Below are positions 1 to 9,339 of a stretch of DNA of 42,227 bases, one piece after another (position 1 is the first letter of the stretch; the number at the start of each line of letters is the position of its first letter). Made by a program: the position numbers and the translations under genes. Source of the stretch: a virus; the IMG/VR virus record IMGVR_UViG_3300017440_000003, positions 1 through 42,227 of that record; one strand, given 5' to 3'. Under the pieces are notes generated by a model that ran no database searches, had not been told where the DNA came from, and saw nothing but the letters and a program-made list of their open reading frames with translations.

Positions 1-123
1 CGCGAAGACCCTGCGCGACAACGGGCAGGTTCGATAACATGGCTGACGAGAAGCTTCTGAGCTATGACCCGGCAACGGGCATGAAGGAATGGTTCTCGTC
101 AGACGATGAGGGCGACACGTGGC
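1..123. repeat. Terminal direct repeat, left copy (identical to 42105..42227)
   Basis: Base-by-base identity read from the sequence. ATG at 39 equals ATG at 42143 (offset 42104). Confidence 0.95.
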
Positions 124-362
124 GCATCAGGTATGAGCAAGACGTGTCGCCCTTGTTGGACGCCAACAAGGAAGCCCAAGCCGAAAGCTGGGACCGTCGC
201 AGTGATATGTGGCACGCTGCAAGCATCCCCAATGTGGTTCTGATGGAATGGATCACAAAGCATGGGATCGAATACTTCAACCCGAACCATAAAGAGGGTG
301 TGAAACGCCTTCTCAATTCCGATGAATATCGCTACCTTCGCGTGCGCGAGTTCATAATCTAG
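39..362 (+). CDS. hypothetical protein (head/neck module)
   Basis: 107-aa ORF. On the closed circle its ATG lies 2 nt after the TAA of the preceding gene. High third-position GC; no motif recognised. Confidence 0.6.
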   Translation: MADEKLLSYDPATGMKEWFSSDDEGDTWRIRYEQDVSPLLDANKEAQAESWDRRSDMWHAASIPNVVLMEWITKHGIEYFNPNHKEGVKRLLNSDEYRYLRVREFII

Positions 363-371
363 GGGCATGAC

Positions 372-680
372 GTGGCAACTGGCATCGGCATATTCACCAG
401 ATTGTTGCCATGGCTGACGGACGGTCAGCAGGTGCCGCCGCAGGTAGACCAGCGCGGGCGATTGATCGTCAGCAGCGGCGATGACAGCGTGCTTTTCACC
501 ACCGTTGTGGACCTCGATACGAGCGGCGGCATCGTGCCGACTTATCGCGGCGTGACCAACACCTATGACAGCAGCGGCAACTTGCAGACCCAGACCGTCA
601 AGAACGGCGGAACATGGGTGCGGACGTTGACGTATCAGAACGGCGAGGTTGCCTCCGACAGCGGATGGGTGAAACAGTAA
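372..680 (+). CDS. hypothetical protein
   Basis: 102-aa ORF with GTG start. Its stop overlaps the next start as TAATG. Confidence 0.45.
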   Translation: MATGIGIFTRLLPWLTDGQQVPPQVDQRGRLIVSSGDDSVLFTTVVDLDTSGGIVPTYRGVTNTYDSSGNLQTQTVKNGGTWVRTLTYQNGEVASDSGWVKQ

Positions 681-1060
681 TGGTCGATTCCCTTATCCAG
701 CCGTTCCGCCGCAACCTGAACGTACGGCCGGTCATCGGCCCCGTTGGATTGACGGCGCAGCCTGTCGCGGTGCCGCCGATGACGGGGCAGGGCATTACCA
801 GTTTCATCGTTCGCAATCCCAACCCGTTCCATATGTGGTTCGCGGGATGGCGTGGGTTGGAAACGGACATGCCCAACGTCAAGGAAAACGGTCACTATCT
901 GCATCCCGGCGAGGCGTATCTAGGCCGCACGCAGATGCCGCAATGGGTGGCGGCAGTGGCGGACGATGAGCCGGGGTTCCCGATCTTCACCTCCAGCGGC
1001 GGCTGGCTGTACGAAGGCAAGCGCACGCGGTTCATCCTGATTTACGGATCGGGCGCGTAA
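680..1060 (+). CDS. hypothetical protein
   Basis: ORF-track 614..1060 trimmed to in-frame ATG 680 (MVDSLIQ...), which overlaps the upstream stop (TAATG). 126 aa. Confidence 0.55.
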   Translation: MVDSLIQPFRRNLNVRPVIGPVGLTAQPVAVPPMTGQGITSFIVRNPNPFHMWFAGWRGLETDMPNVKENGHYLHPGEAYLGRTQMPQWVAAVADDEPGFPIFTSSGGWLYEGKRTRFILIYGSGA

Positions 1061-1902
1061 TGGCGGTCAAGGTTCCCGGATATCCGCTCAAAGGCAACAT
1101 GGGCGATGCTGGCACACAAGGGCCGGCGGGACCGATGGGTTTGCCTGGGGCTAAGGGCGACACCGGGGCGACCGGGGCAACAGGGCCAACGGGGCCGCAG
1201 GGACCGAAGGGCGACACCGGGGCGCAAGGTGCAACTGGAGCGACCGGACCAAAGGGTGATACGGGCGCACAGGGCATCCAAGGCGTCAAGGGTGATACCG
1301 GCGCGACTGGAGTGCAAGGTGTCAAGGGAGACGCTGGCGCCGCCGGGGTGGCGGGGCCGCAAGGCATAAAAGGTGACACGGGAGCTACTGGCGCCAAAGG
1401 GGACATGGGCTTCACGGGCGCAACCGGCCCCGCGGGCGCAATCGGGCCTAAAGGTGACGCAGGCGCTACTGGTGCTACCGGCCCCACAGGACCACAAGGC
1501 ACGCCCGGTGTTGCGGGATCAAACGCCACAGCCACGCCGCTGGGATCGACACCGGGCACGGCGCTGGGCACGGCTGCGGCGGGCACGTCGACCAATGCCG
1601 CGCGCGAGGACCATGTTCATCCGCTGCCTAACGGGCGCCTCCAGCTTATCGGCACCGTCACCGTCACGGAAACAACACTGATATCGCTGGCGCTTGGCAT
1701 GAAGCGGATGGCGTTGACACTAACTGGCGTCACGACAACCGATCGACTGGTCTTCGTGCCCACCGGCGTACCCACCGCGGGCTGCGAGGCAGTCAACGTC
1801 TATGCCAGCGGGGCCAATCAGGTGACGGTTGCTTATTTCGTGCCTGCGCTTGGTGTTGGTGCTACATACAGTATTCCTGTTGCAGTCTATAGGATCACGT
1901 AA
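1060..1902 (+). CDS. collagen-like tail fibre protein
   Basis: 47 uninterrupted Gly-X-Y triplets (aa 12-152, [25 protein letters not shown]...), then a ~125-aa non-collagen C-terminal domain. TAATG coupling at both ends. Confidence 0.8.
   Translation: MAVKVPGYPLKGNMGDAGTQGPAGPMGLPGAKGDTGATGATGPTGPQGPKGDTGAQGATGATGPKGDTGAQGIQGVKGDTGATGVQGVKGDAGAAGVAGPQGIKGDTGATGAKGDMGFTGATGPAGAIGPKGDAGATGATGPTGPQGTPGVAGSNATATPLGSTPGTALGTAAAGTSTNAAREDHVHPLPNGRLQLIGTVTVTETTLISLALGMKRMALTLTGVTTTDRLVFVPTGVPTAGCEAVNVYASGANQVTVAYFVPALGVGATYSIPVAVYRIT
1093..1515 (+). repeat. Coding triplet repeat (Gly-X-Y)x47
   Basis: Counted directly in the translation of 1060..1902. It also generates long Pro/Ala/Gly shadow ORFs on the minus strand. 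Confidence 0.9.
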
Positions 1903-2558
1903 TGTCCATCGCGATCCCTACATATGCCCCCGGCGCCATCTCCTCCTACTCGGAACTAGTGACGGAAATCCGCGACATGATGGATGACGCGGACTATGCG
2001 CAGGACGCCATTGACCGGGCGTTGCGCAAGGCGGAGGCGGAGTTCAATCGCACGCTGCGCACGCCAGACATGGAGACGCGCACCGTCTTCACCATCACGG
2101 ATGAGTTGACCGCGTTGCCGGCGGACTTTCTGGAAATGCGGTTTATCTTCGTGGAGGGAATGCCGGACCAGCCGTTGGCATCCATGTCGCCTGCCGGAAT
2201 GCTCCAGACCTATTATGGGCGTTCGGGATGCCCGGTTGCGTACACGATCGAGGGTAACTCATTGCGGGTGGGGCCGGTTGGCCGTGCCGCGGTCGAGATG
2301 GTCTATTATCAGCGCATCATGGGCCTGTCGGACGCGGACGTTTCCAACTGGCTGCTGCGCAAGCACCCCGACCTGTACGTGGCGGGGGTGCTGTATCATC
2401 TGGCGCGGCGCGAGCGTGACGCGGACGGGATGGCGCAGGCGGCGCAGGAGGTTTCTGCGTTGACGGATGCCATTAAGCGGGCCGCATTGCAGGCCCGGTG
2501 GGGTTCGGCGCCGTTGACGCCGCGGGGTATTCAGCAGGTTCGGGGGGCTAGGGTTTGA
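1902..2558 (+). CDS. structural-module protein, possible adaptor / tail-tubular-A-like (by position only)
   Basis: 218-aa ORF, TAATG-coupled to the fibre gene. Its size and position before a larger tail gene and the internal virion proteins resemble T7-type gene order. No motif recognised. Confidence 0.4.
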   Translation: MSIAIPTYAPGAISSYSELVTEIRDMMDDADYAQDAIDRALRKAEAEFNRTLRTPDMETRTVFTITDELTALPADFLEMRFIFVEGMPDQPLASMSPAGMLQTYYGRSGCPVAYTIEGNSLRVGPVGRAAVEMVYYQRIMGLSDADVSNWLLRKHPDLYVAGVLYHLARRERDADGMAQAAQEVSALTDAIKRAALQARWGSAPLTPRGIQQVRGARV

Positions 2559-2636
2559 TGCTGCGAGTACCTCCGATCAATTACGGAGCAACGCCGATCT
2601 GGAGGGTATCGGCAGGGTTGACGCTTACTCGCAGCA
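2559..2636 (+). other. Intergenic multi-hairpin structured element
   Basis: Perfect 11-bp outer inverted repeat TGCTGCGAGTA/TACTCGCAGCA (2559-2569 / 2626-2636). It encloses hairpins CTCCG-N8-CGGAG (2571-2588) and GCCGAT-N9-ATCGGC (2593-2613). Confidence 0.5.
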
Positions 2637-2671
2637 TCATTGCGCATACAAGCCTAGGCAATGGAGACGGT

Positions 2672-2702
2672 CTAGTCCTTGAAGGAGAACCGCTAGTCCT
2701 TG
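2672..2702 (+). repeat. Direct repeat CTAGTCCTTG x2 with 21-bp period
   Basis: Copies at 2672-2681 and 2693-2702, in the 183-bp gap upstream of the 473-aa tail gene. Confidence 0.8.
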
Positions 2703-2741
2703 GGTGCCGCAGCGCTCCCTATGTGCTATAGATAGGCGGAC

Positions 2742-4163
2742 ATGTCAACCAAACGCCTCCCCTTCCCCGCCTACCTGCCCGACCAGCTACCGCGTGGCGT
2801 CCTCACCAGCGCCATCAACGTGCTGCCGGCGCAGGATGGCTATCGTCCGGTCAAGTCACTGGCGAGCATCAGCGACCCCTTGCCTGCCGCATTCCGTGGC
2901 GGCGCTGCGTTCATCTCGACCGATGGCACGACATACCTGATTGCGGGCAGCGCGAACGGCTTGCACCGCTACAGTGGTGGCGGGTGGACCGATCTGTTCG
3001 TTGGCATGTCGGTGGTGGATCGCTGGCGGTTTGCACAGTTCGGTGATTTCGTCGTGGCGGTCAACGCGGTGGACACCAAGCAGATCAATCTCAATTCCGG
3101 TGCGGCCACCGATCTGACCGATTGCCCGCCTGCCAACGGCGTGGCGGTGGTCGGGGATTACGTCGTCATCACGCAGGCAGGCGGCAACAAGCTGTTGGTG
3201 CAGTGGTCGGGCTTCAACGACCACACCAAGTGGACCGCAGGCGAAGATCAGTCCGGGTTTCAGCCGATGCTCACTGGCGGCGAGATCAAGGGCATTGCGG
3301 GCGGCGAATACGGTGTCATCCTCCAGCGGTTCAGGCTGGTCCGCATGGAAAGGACCGGCGATGATGAAGCGCCTTTCTCTTTTGACGAGATTACGCCTAA
3401 TTTCGGCTGCGCTTCGTCTGGTTCGATCGCACAGGCAGGCCGCACGATCTTCTTCCTGTCCGATCGCGGCTTCATGGCGCTGGAGGACGGGCAAGCGCTG
3501 AAACCGCTGGGTAATGAGAAGTTCGACCAGTCTTTTCGGGATTCGGTGTCGCCGGAGGATTACGAGAAGATTTGGGCGGCGATCGATCCCAAGCGGTCAC
3601 TGGTATTCTGGGGCGTGCCGGGTACACCTGGACGCATCTGGGTCTATAATTGGGTCATCGACCGCGCCAGCACGATCGAAATCCCACTCCTGGGGCTGTT
3701 CGCAGGCTATGAGAGCAGCCTGTCGCTAGAGGACGTAGCGGAACTGTACCCCGACCTTGATACGATGCCGTACTCGCTGGACGACCCGCGGTTTCAGGGT
3801 GGCGACCCGCGCCTGTACGTTGTGGATCGCCAGTCACGTATCGGGGCGCTGTCTGGACCGAGCCTGCCGGCAACGCTGACGATGGGGTGGCAGGCTTTAG
3901 CCGATCCACTGGTGGCGCGGCTGCGGTCGATCTCACCCATGTCGGACGCGATCGGGGGCGTGACGATCACGGTTGACGCACGGCAACAGATGGGCGGGCC
4001 GCTGGACATCTCCACCTCCACCGGCGTCATGCAGCAGAGCGGGCGCGTGCCGCTCAGGGCGCGGGGGAAATATATGGCGATCACCACCAGCATTGCGGCG
4101 GGTACGCGCTGGAGTTATGCGCAGGGGCTTGACGTGGATTATGATGCGGGGGGTGCACGATGA
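2742..4163 (+). CDS. structural protein, possible tail hub/nozzle (position and size only)
   Basis: 473-aa ORF flanked by two unusually long gaps (183 and 175 bp). Lies between the adaptor-like gene and the internal virion proteins. Confidence 0.45.
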   Translation: MSTKRLPFPAYLPDQLPRGVLTSAINVLPAQDGYRPVKSLASISDPLPAAFRGGAAFISTDGTTYLIAGSANGLHRYSGGGWTDLFVGMSVVDRWRFAQFGDFVVAVNAVDTKQINLNSGAATDLTDCPPANGVAVVGDYVVITQAGGNKLLVQWSGFNDHTKWTAGEDQSGFQPMLTGGEIKGIAGGEYGVILQRFRLVRMERTGDDEAPFSFDEITPNFGCASSGSIAQAGRTIFFLSDRGFMALEDGQALKPLGNEKFDQSFRDSVSPEDYEKIWAAIDPKRSLVFWGVPGTPGRIWVYNWVIDRASTIEIPLLGLFAGYESSLSLEDVAELYPDLDTMPYSLDDPRFQGGDPRLYVVDRQSRIGALSGPSLPATLTMGWQALADPLVARLRSISPMSDAIGGVTITVDARQQMGGPLDISTSTGVMQQSGRVPLRARGKYMAITTSIAAGTRWSYAQGLDVDYDAGGAR

Positions 4164-4338
4164 TGTTGCAGACAGGGATTGATACCTGCTGGCCTCGTCC
4201 GAAGACAGAGCATACCGGATTATCAGTCCAGTGCTTCTCCGCCACTCGAAGGGGGTTAGCCTCACCCCCAACTTGCGCGTGTCCATCCACGCCGCTGCAA
4301 CGCCTCCATATTCATCGGAATAACCAGGGCTGTCAAGC

Positions 4339-4497
4339 ATGAGCCGCCCCATCCCCGTAGATAACCAGCGACAGGACTGGCCGCGTCTGGTGGCAAACGG
4401 GATCAACGAGTTGCAGAAAACCCGCAAGGGCGAGGTGCGGTTCTTCGAGGGCCGTTTGCAGCATTGGGACGGTGCAGTATGGCAGGACGTGCCATGA
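4339..4497 (+). CDS. small hypothetical protein (52 aa)
   Basis: ATG 4339 (MSRPIPVDNQRQDW...). Its stop overlaps the next start as ATGA at 4494-4497. Below the ORF-track size cut-off. Confidence 0.45.
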   Translation: MSRPIPVDNQRQDWPRLVANGINELQKTRKGEVRFFEGRLQHWDGAVWQDVP

Positions 4498-4862
4498 GGC
4501 TGCACGGATGGGATGAGTATCTCGACCGCCGCGACACGATTGCGGCCATGCTCGATACGAGGTGCTACAGCATCAAATGGCTGGACGGCATGATCCTGAA
4601 TGGTGATGCGCGCGTGTTTGCTTCGTCTGATGCGGTGATCGTGGTCACCGTGAAGCAATACCCTGCCGGCGCCACCGAATTGCACGGACTAGTAGCCGCT
4701 GGCGAACTGGATGCGATCTTGCCGCTGATAGAACGGGCGGAGGATTGGGCGCGTGAAGGTGGAGTGGCGTTTGCTTGCATTGCATCCCGGCCAGGGTGGG
4801 CGCGGGTGTTGAAAGATCGCGGATATGGTTTATACCAAGTAGAACTTCGGAAGGATTTGTAG
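4494..4862 (+). CDS. hypothetical protein (122 aa)
   Basis: ORF-track 4464..4862 trimmed to ATG 4494 (MRLHGWDEY...), which is ATGA-coupled to the upstream ORF. Confidence 0.55.
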   Translation: MRLHGWDEYLDRRDTIAAMLDTRCYSIKWLDGMILNGDARVFASSDAVIVVTVKQYPAGATELHGLVAAGELDAILPLIERAEDWAREGGVAFACIASRPGWARVLKDRGYGLYQVELRKDL

Positions 4863-4863
4863 C

Positions 4864-5535
4864 GTGGGTTTGTCGTCGTCCAAATCAACCAGCACTTCCA
4901 AGCCGGTCTATTCTCAACAGATCGAGGGAGCGGCGGGCAACATCAACTCCGCATATGGCGCGCAGGCACCGAAGATCAGCGCCATCACCGACCAGCTTGG
5001 CGGCTTGGTGCCGGGGCTGGTAAATCAGTTCCAGATGGGCGATCCCGGCGTGAAGGCGGCGCAGGGTTACAACACCGACGTCCTCAACGGCAAGTACCTG
5101 GACGCGGGAAACCCTTACCTTGAAGACCAGATCAGCCGCACCAATGACGGCGTGCGCAATGGGTTGTCTGCATCGCTTGGCACCCGCGGGCTGACCGGTG
5201 GTTCGGCATTTGGCGATATCATCACGCGCAATCTGGCGGCAAACGAAAGCGGTCTGCGCTACAACGACTACAACAACGAGCGCACCCGTATGGGGCAGGC
5301 GGCATCCGGGGCGGCAGGGCTGTCGGCGGCATCCTATCTGCCGCTGACCGCAATTCAGGATATCTTGCAGGCGCAGCAGGCACCGGTGCAATCGGCGGTT
5401 GGCGCAGGAGCGGGCATCGGCGGGTTGCTTGGGCAGTACGGCACGACCACGCAGAAATCGTCGCCATCGCTGGGCGCGATTATCGCGCAGTTGGCGGGTA
5501 ATGCGGCGCAGGCATATGCGGGAGGGGCGGGCTGA
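4864..5535 (+). CDS. putative internal virion (ejection) protein
   Basis: 223 aa, GTG start 9 nt after AAGGA. Gly/Ala/Ser/Gln-rich. First gene of the block that leads to the 847-aa core-like protein. Confidence 0.45.
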   Translation: MGLSSSKSTSTSKPVYSQQIEGAAGNINSAYGAQAPKISAITDQLGGLVPGLVNQFQMGDPGVKAAQGYNTDVLNGKYLDAGNPYLEDQISRTNDGVRNGLSASLGTRGLTGGSAFGDIITRNLAANESGLRYNDYNNERTRMGQAASGAAGLSAASYLPLTAIQDILQAQQAPVQSAVGAGAGIGGLLGQYGTTTQKSSPSLGAIIAQLAGNAAQAYAGGAG

Positions 5536-6113
5536 TGGCGATGTTCTCCAAGGGGCGGGGTCTGTTCGGTGCGCCGCTTAGCGCGGATATGGGTGCATCT
5601 CCCGATGCCGCGCCGATCCAGCGCGAGGCCACCATGCCGACGTACAAGAAGCCGTCCACGGCCAATCTCATCATTGGCACGATCGGGGATACGCTGTCGC
5701 AGATCGGTGGTGGGCGCGGGAATTACCTGCCGGGGTTGCAGGCTCGGCAGCAGATGGCGGCGGAACAGGCAACGTATCAACAGCGTCGCGCTGACGACTA
5801 CACCGATTGGGAGCGCAAGCAGCAATACGCGGCAGCAAACCCCGGCCCGGCGAAGGATGACACCTTCACCTCCACGTTGCGCGCGGCTGGTATCGATCCG
5901 GCATCGCCACAGGGCATGGCGCTCTATCGCCAGCGGGCCGCAACACTTGCAGCGCCAGCCCCTAATTTCGTGTCGGACGGCGCTGGTGGTGGGCGATGGG
6001 TGCAGCCTCCTGCCATGGGACTAGGCGGCGGCGCTCCCACGGCGCCCATCGGCAAGCTTACCCCGCTAGGCGCTGGAGGTGCTACCCCGCAAGGGGCGCG
6101 TCCCTTTCGCTGA
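5535..6113 (+). CDS. putative internal virion protein
   Basis: 192 aa, TGATG-coupled. Gly/Ala/Pro-rich C-terminus. Overlaps the M15-domain ORF by 35 nt. Confidence 0.45.
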   Translation: MAMFSKGRGLFGAPLSADMGASPDAAPIQREATMPTYKKPSTANLIIGTIGDTLSQIGGGRGNYLPGLQARQQMAAEQATYQQRRADDYTDWERKQQYAAANPGPAKDDTFTSTLRAAGIDPASPQGMALYRQRAATLAAPAPNFVSDGAGGGRWVQPPAMGLGGGAPTAPIGKLTPLGAGGATPQGARPFR

Positions 6114-6372
6114 CCCGTTGCGCGCTCCAGGTATCATGACCAGCGGCCGGCGCACCCCGGAAGGCAACCGGCTGGTGGGCGGGGCGCGTAACAGCCATCA
6201 TCTGACCGGCGACGGCGTTGACTATACCGGCACGACGGTAGAGGCGTTGCGCAAGTATTTCGGGCCGGGCGCGCGGTTTTTGGACGAGGGCGACCATATC
6301 CACACGACGTTGCCCGGTTATGGGAAGATTCCGTTTTTCGGCAAGCGCGGCACTACAGGGATGAAGCGTTGA
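6079..6372 (+). CDS. peptidase M15-like (zinc D-Ala-D-Ala carboxypeptidase fold) cell-wall hydrolase domain protein
   Basis: Motifs [28 protein letters not shown] and GDHIHT (H..D...H zinc triad pattern). Start uncertain: GTG 6079, TTG 6118 or ATG 6136, none with a good SD. Confidence 0.6.
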   Translation: MLPRKGRVPFADPLRAPGIMTSGRRTPEGNRLVGGARNSHHLTGDGVDYTGTTVEALRKYFGPGARFLDEGDHIHTTLPGYGKIPFFGKRGTTGMKR

Positions 6373-8915
6373 TGGCACAGCAGCAGGCACGCGACGAAGC
6401 CGGTAATATCTGGAACATCGACGAAGCGGGCAACCCGGTCTCGCTGGCATCTGCTGCGGGCGCTGGTGGCGGATCGGATTACGTTGCTCCGAACCCGGTG
6501 CAAGCGGCGCGGCAGTCTGTGGATTTGTCGGGTGCGCAACTTGGCAATCGCAAAACAGCGCAGCAGATTGCCCTTGAAGCGGCACAGGTTCCTTATGCTC
6601 CTCGCCAAGCGGCGGCTGACACCACGAAATCCGAAGCGGAGGCGCAGGCCGCGCAACTTGCTTTGCAGAAGGCGCAGCGCGAGGCGGCTTTGCCTGTTTC
6701 GGGGCAGGTTGGTCGCGTTAATCTTCAACGCGCGATTGATGACATCAAAGCTCGTTTCGCAGCCGGGCCGGGTCGCACGTCTGGGCTTGGTGGCTTGGCC
6801 GACTATTTACCCACCACCGAAAACCAGCAGTTTGACGCGGCTGGCAATGCCGTGCGCGGTTTTGTCGGTCCCGCACTTGGATTGACTGGTGGCCAGTTGA
6901 ACACCGAAAAAGAGGCGCAGCGCGCAGTAGGGCCATACATCCCGCAGGCCAGTGACCGAGATGCTGTTATTCTCGATAAAATCCAGCGGCTTCAGGGGCT
7001 GGCGGATGCCATGGCTGGCGCAAAACGCCAACAGCAGCAGAATCAGGCACAGGCGCAGATTGCATCAGGCGGCGGCGGCAACAGCAACCCCCAGCAGCCG
7101 GGCGGGCGTCCGCCGGGATATGACGTGGCGAGCGTTGGTGGCAACATTTCCGGTGGCGGTGGGGGCGGTTCTTTCGCCAGCGCGGCGGGTGTCGCCATGG
7201 CGCAGAAGATGAAGGCGGTTTACAACCGCGGCGGCGGCGTGCGCGAGATCAACCAGCTATTGCAGGACAATGGGTTTCAGCCGCTCACCGATCCCGGCGC
7301 TATCGCTGCGATCCAGAAGCGAGGCCCGATCAGCTTCGCGCCGCCGGTGGCCGATGATACGCGCGGTACGGTGGGTCGCGCGCTGGGGGCCGCGGCGGAT
7401 AGCGGGTTTGGCTCCTATGCGATCGGTGCAGCGGATGCGCTGACCGCAGGCAATCTTGACTCGCTGGCAGGCGGGCAAACGGGATTGGCGATCGACTATG
7501 CGCGCCAGAACAATCCCGGTGCATCGCTGCTTGGCACGGTGACGGGTGGCGCGCTTGCCGCGGGCGGTGCAGAGCTAGGCTTGGCGCGCGCCGGGCTTGG
7601 CGCTGGTGCCGCCGCGCTTGGTGGTGACGCGCTGTACGGCGCGGCATATGGCGCGGGTTCGGCTGATGATGGTTCGCGGTTGCTCGGGGCGGCGGCTGGT
7701 GGTGTGGGTGGCCTGGCTGGTGGCGCAGCGGGGCGCGGCCTTACTCGCGCGATCGGTGGGGCCTTCACAGGCGTACAGGATGCCAGCGTGCAGGGCCTGC
7801 GCGCTGCGGGCCTGCCCTTGACGGCTGGGCAGGCGCTTAGCCAAAGCGGCGCCATAGGCCGCGGCGCGCAACTGCTGGAAAACGCCACCACTGGTTTGCC
7901 CGGCGTCGGTGCTGTGACACGCGGACGCTATACCGAGGGCTTTGAGGGCTTAAACCGCGCCGCCTTCGATGAGGGCCTTTCTGATATTGGGGCCACCACC
8001 GGCGGCGTGGTGCGCGAACAGGGCGTAGACATTGCGCGCGGTGCCAGGTCGCGGGCGTACAGCGATGCGCTAGACCCCGTGCAAGTGCAGGCAGACGCTC
8101 CCTTCGTTGGCGACATGCAGGGCGCTATTGCCGCTGGCCGTGCCCTTCCCGATCCCATGAGTGGCAATCTCGACTACACCTTGCCCACCCGTGTAGGTAA
8201 TTCGTTCGATGCCAATGGCGGTCTGTCGGGGCGTGATTTTCAGCAGTCCATTCGCGGACTGCGCCGGGATGCAAAAGCCGTCGAAAGTCTGCCATACGGG
8301 TACGATTTTGGTGAGGTGACGCGGCAAGCAGAAGGCGCTCTAGAGGGCCTGCTCCAGCGGCAGGCTCCAGGTGCTCTTCCGGCATACAACGCGGCGAACG
8401 CTGCTAACCGCAAAGTCGAAATCTTGCGTGATGCCGTCAACCGTGCCCGTAGCGGCAATACCACGGGCGACCCCGGCTTGTTTTCGGCGGCTCAGCTTTC
8501 GGATGCGGCGGCGGCTAACGCAAAGAAGTTCGGTGGAACGCAGGGCACCACGCAGCAGCCTTTTTATGATCTAACCCGCGCCGCACAGCGAGTATTGCCA
8601 AGCAAGATTGCCGACAGTGGCACGGCAACCCGTGCCGCAGTGACGGCGGGATTGGGCATTGGCGGTGCCGGCACCGCCGGCTATGCGGCAGGTGATGGCG
8701 ACGGCGCCAAATACGGTATCGGCGGCACTCTGGCGCTTGGCGGCATTTTGGCGGCGGGTGGTTCCCGCGCAGGCCAGCGTGCGCTAACGGCGGCGCTGCT
8801 CGATCGTCCGCAAGTGGCTGTCCAGTTGGGACGTGGGATACAGAAGCGGGCGCGTATCGGTGGGCTGTTCGGCGCGCCATTGCTTGCCGGCACCGTGCCG
8901 TTGCTTTCGCAATGA
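6372..8915 (+). CDS. large Gly/Ala-rich internal virion / ejection protein (T7 gp16-like position)
   Basis: 847 aa from ATG 6372 (TGATG overlap with the M15 ORF). Coiled N-terminal third, then long Gly/Ala tracts. It is followed by the fibre genes. Confidence 0.5.
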   Translation: MAQQQARDEAGNIWNIDEAGNPVSLASAAGAGGGSDYVAPNPVQAARQSVDLSGAQLGNRKTAQQIALEAAQVPYAPRQAAADTTKSEAEAQAAQLALQKAQREAALPVSGQVGRVNLQRAIDDIKARFAAGPGRTSGLGGLADYLPTTENQQFDAAGNAVRGFVGPALGLTGGQLNTEKEAQRAVGPYIPQASDRDAVILDKIQRLQGLADAMAGAKRQQQQNQAQAQIASGGGGNSNPQQPGGRPPGYDVASVGGNISGGGGGGSFASAAGVAMAQKMKAVYNRGGGVREINQLLQDNGFQPLTDPGAIAAIQKRGPISFAPPVADDTRGTVGRALGAAADSGFGSYAIGAADALTAGNLDSLAGGQTGLAIDYARQNNPGASLLGTVTGGALAAGGAELGLARAGLGAGAAALGGDALYGAAYGAGSADDGSRLLGAAAGGVGGLAGGAAGRGLTRAIGGAFTGVQDASVQGLRAAGLPLTAGQALSQSGAIGRGAQLLENATTGLPGVGAVTRGRYTEGFEGLNRAAFDEGLSDIGATTGGVVREQGVDIARGARSRAYSDALDPVQVQADAPFVGDMQGAIAAGRALPDPMSGNLDYTLPTRVGNSFDANGGLSGRDFQQSIRGLRRDAKAVESLPYGYDFGEVTRQAEGALEGLLQRQAPGALPAYNAANAANRKVEILRDAVNRARSGNTTGDPGLFSAAQLSDAAAANAKKFGGTQGTTQQPFYDLTRAAQRVLPSKIADSGTATRAAVTAGLGIGGAGTAGYAAGDGDGAKYGIGGTLALGGILAAGGSRAGQRALTAALLDRPQVAVQLGRGIQKRARIGGLFGAPLLAGTVPLLSQ

Positions 8916-9006
8916 CACCTGATGAAACGCCTCAAAGATGATGCCTTTTAGCGCAATACCAAGTATGATGCCCCACATGGCCGTAATATAGCAGAAGGTC
9001 GCGACA

Positions 9007-9339
9007 ATGCCTAGCGCAACAGAGTTCTCCACAACCCCTGCTGTCAACGTGACCATTGGCGGTATCAACGTCGGTGAAGACTGTTCGCCGGGCGGTATCA
9101 ACGATGCGATCCGGTATATCGCGGCGGTGATGCGCGATACATACGATCGAATCCCAGCAACCGGTGCCTATGTGCCCACAACCGGCGGCACCTTCACCGG
9201 CGATATCCTGCGGCAGGGGCGCGGCGCCTTCCTTCATCATGCCGGGTCGGCGCAGACCAATGGGCAGGTGTATTTCCTGCCTGAAGGTTCGCCAAGGCCC
9301 GCAGCGGCCGAAGGCGCCGTTGTGTTCTATTATTCCTGA
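9007..9339 (+). CDS. tail fibre-associated protein
   Basis: 110 aa. Contains GINDAIRYIAAVMRD and GGTFTGDI, motifs of the kind seen at phage fibre N-termini. Confidence 0.45.
   Translation: MPSATEFSTTPAVNVTIGGINVGEDCSPGGINDAIRYIAAVMRDTYDRIPATGAYVPTTGGTFTGDILRQGRGAFLHHAGSAQTNGQVYFLPEGSPRPAAAEGAVVFYYS

Noticed and set aside
1-123. The 123-bp terminal repeat as a biological direct terminal repeat or an LTR-like element
   Set aside because: This cannot be distinguished from an assembly overlap of a circular or permuted genome using sequence alone. The repeat cuts through coding sequence with no packaging-site features, so it is reported as circular closure only.
1032-1595. 187-aa Pro/Ala/Gly/Val-rich minus-strand ORF, plus 1042..1497
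   Set aside because: These are reverse-complement readings of the (GGN-NNN-NNN)n collagen repeat. They have no independent start signal and overlap a well-supported fibre gene.
2559-2640. Possible tRNA (78-nt element with an acceptor-like outer stem and ...CAGCATCA end)
   Set aside because: It has only two internal hairpins, an 11-bp outer stem, no GTTCRANYC T-loop and no D-loop consensus, so it is not a cloverleaf. The GGGGGT-N7-ACCCCC hairpin at 4251-4269 likewise has no matching acceptor strand.
8784-9101. 105-aa minus-strand ORF with a strongly hydrophobic segment lying in the 8916-9006 gap
   Set aside because: The ORF needs about 130 nt antisense to the 3' end of the 847-aa gene and about 95 nt antisense to the start of the 9007 fibre gene. 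No stop confines it to the gap and no SD is present.
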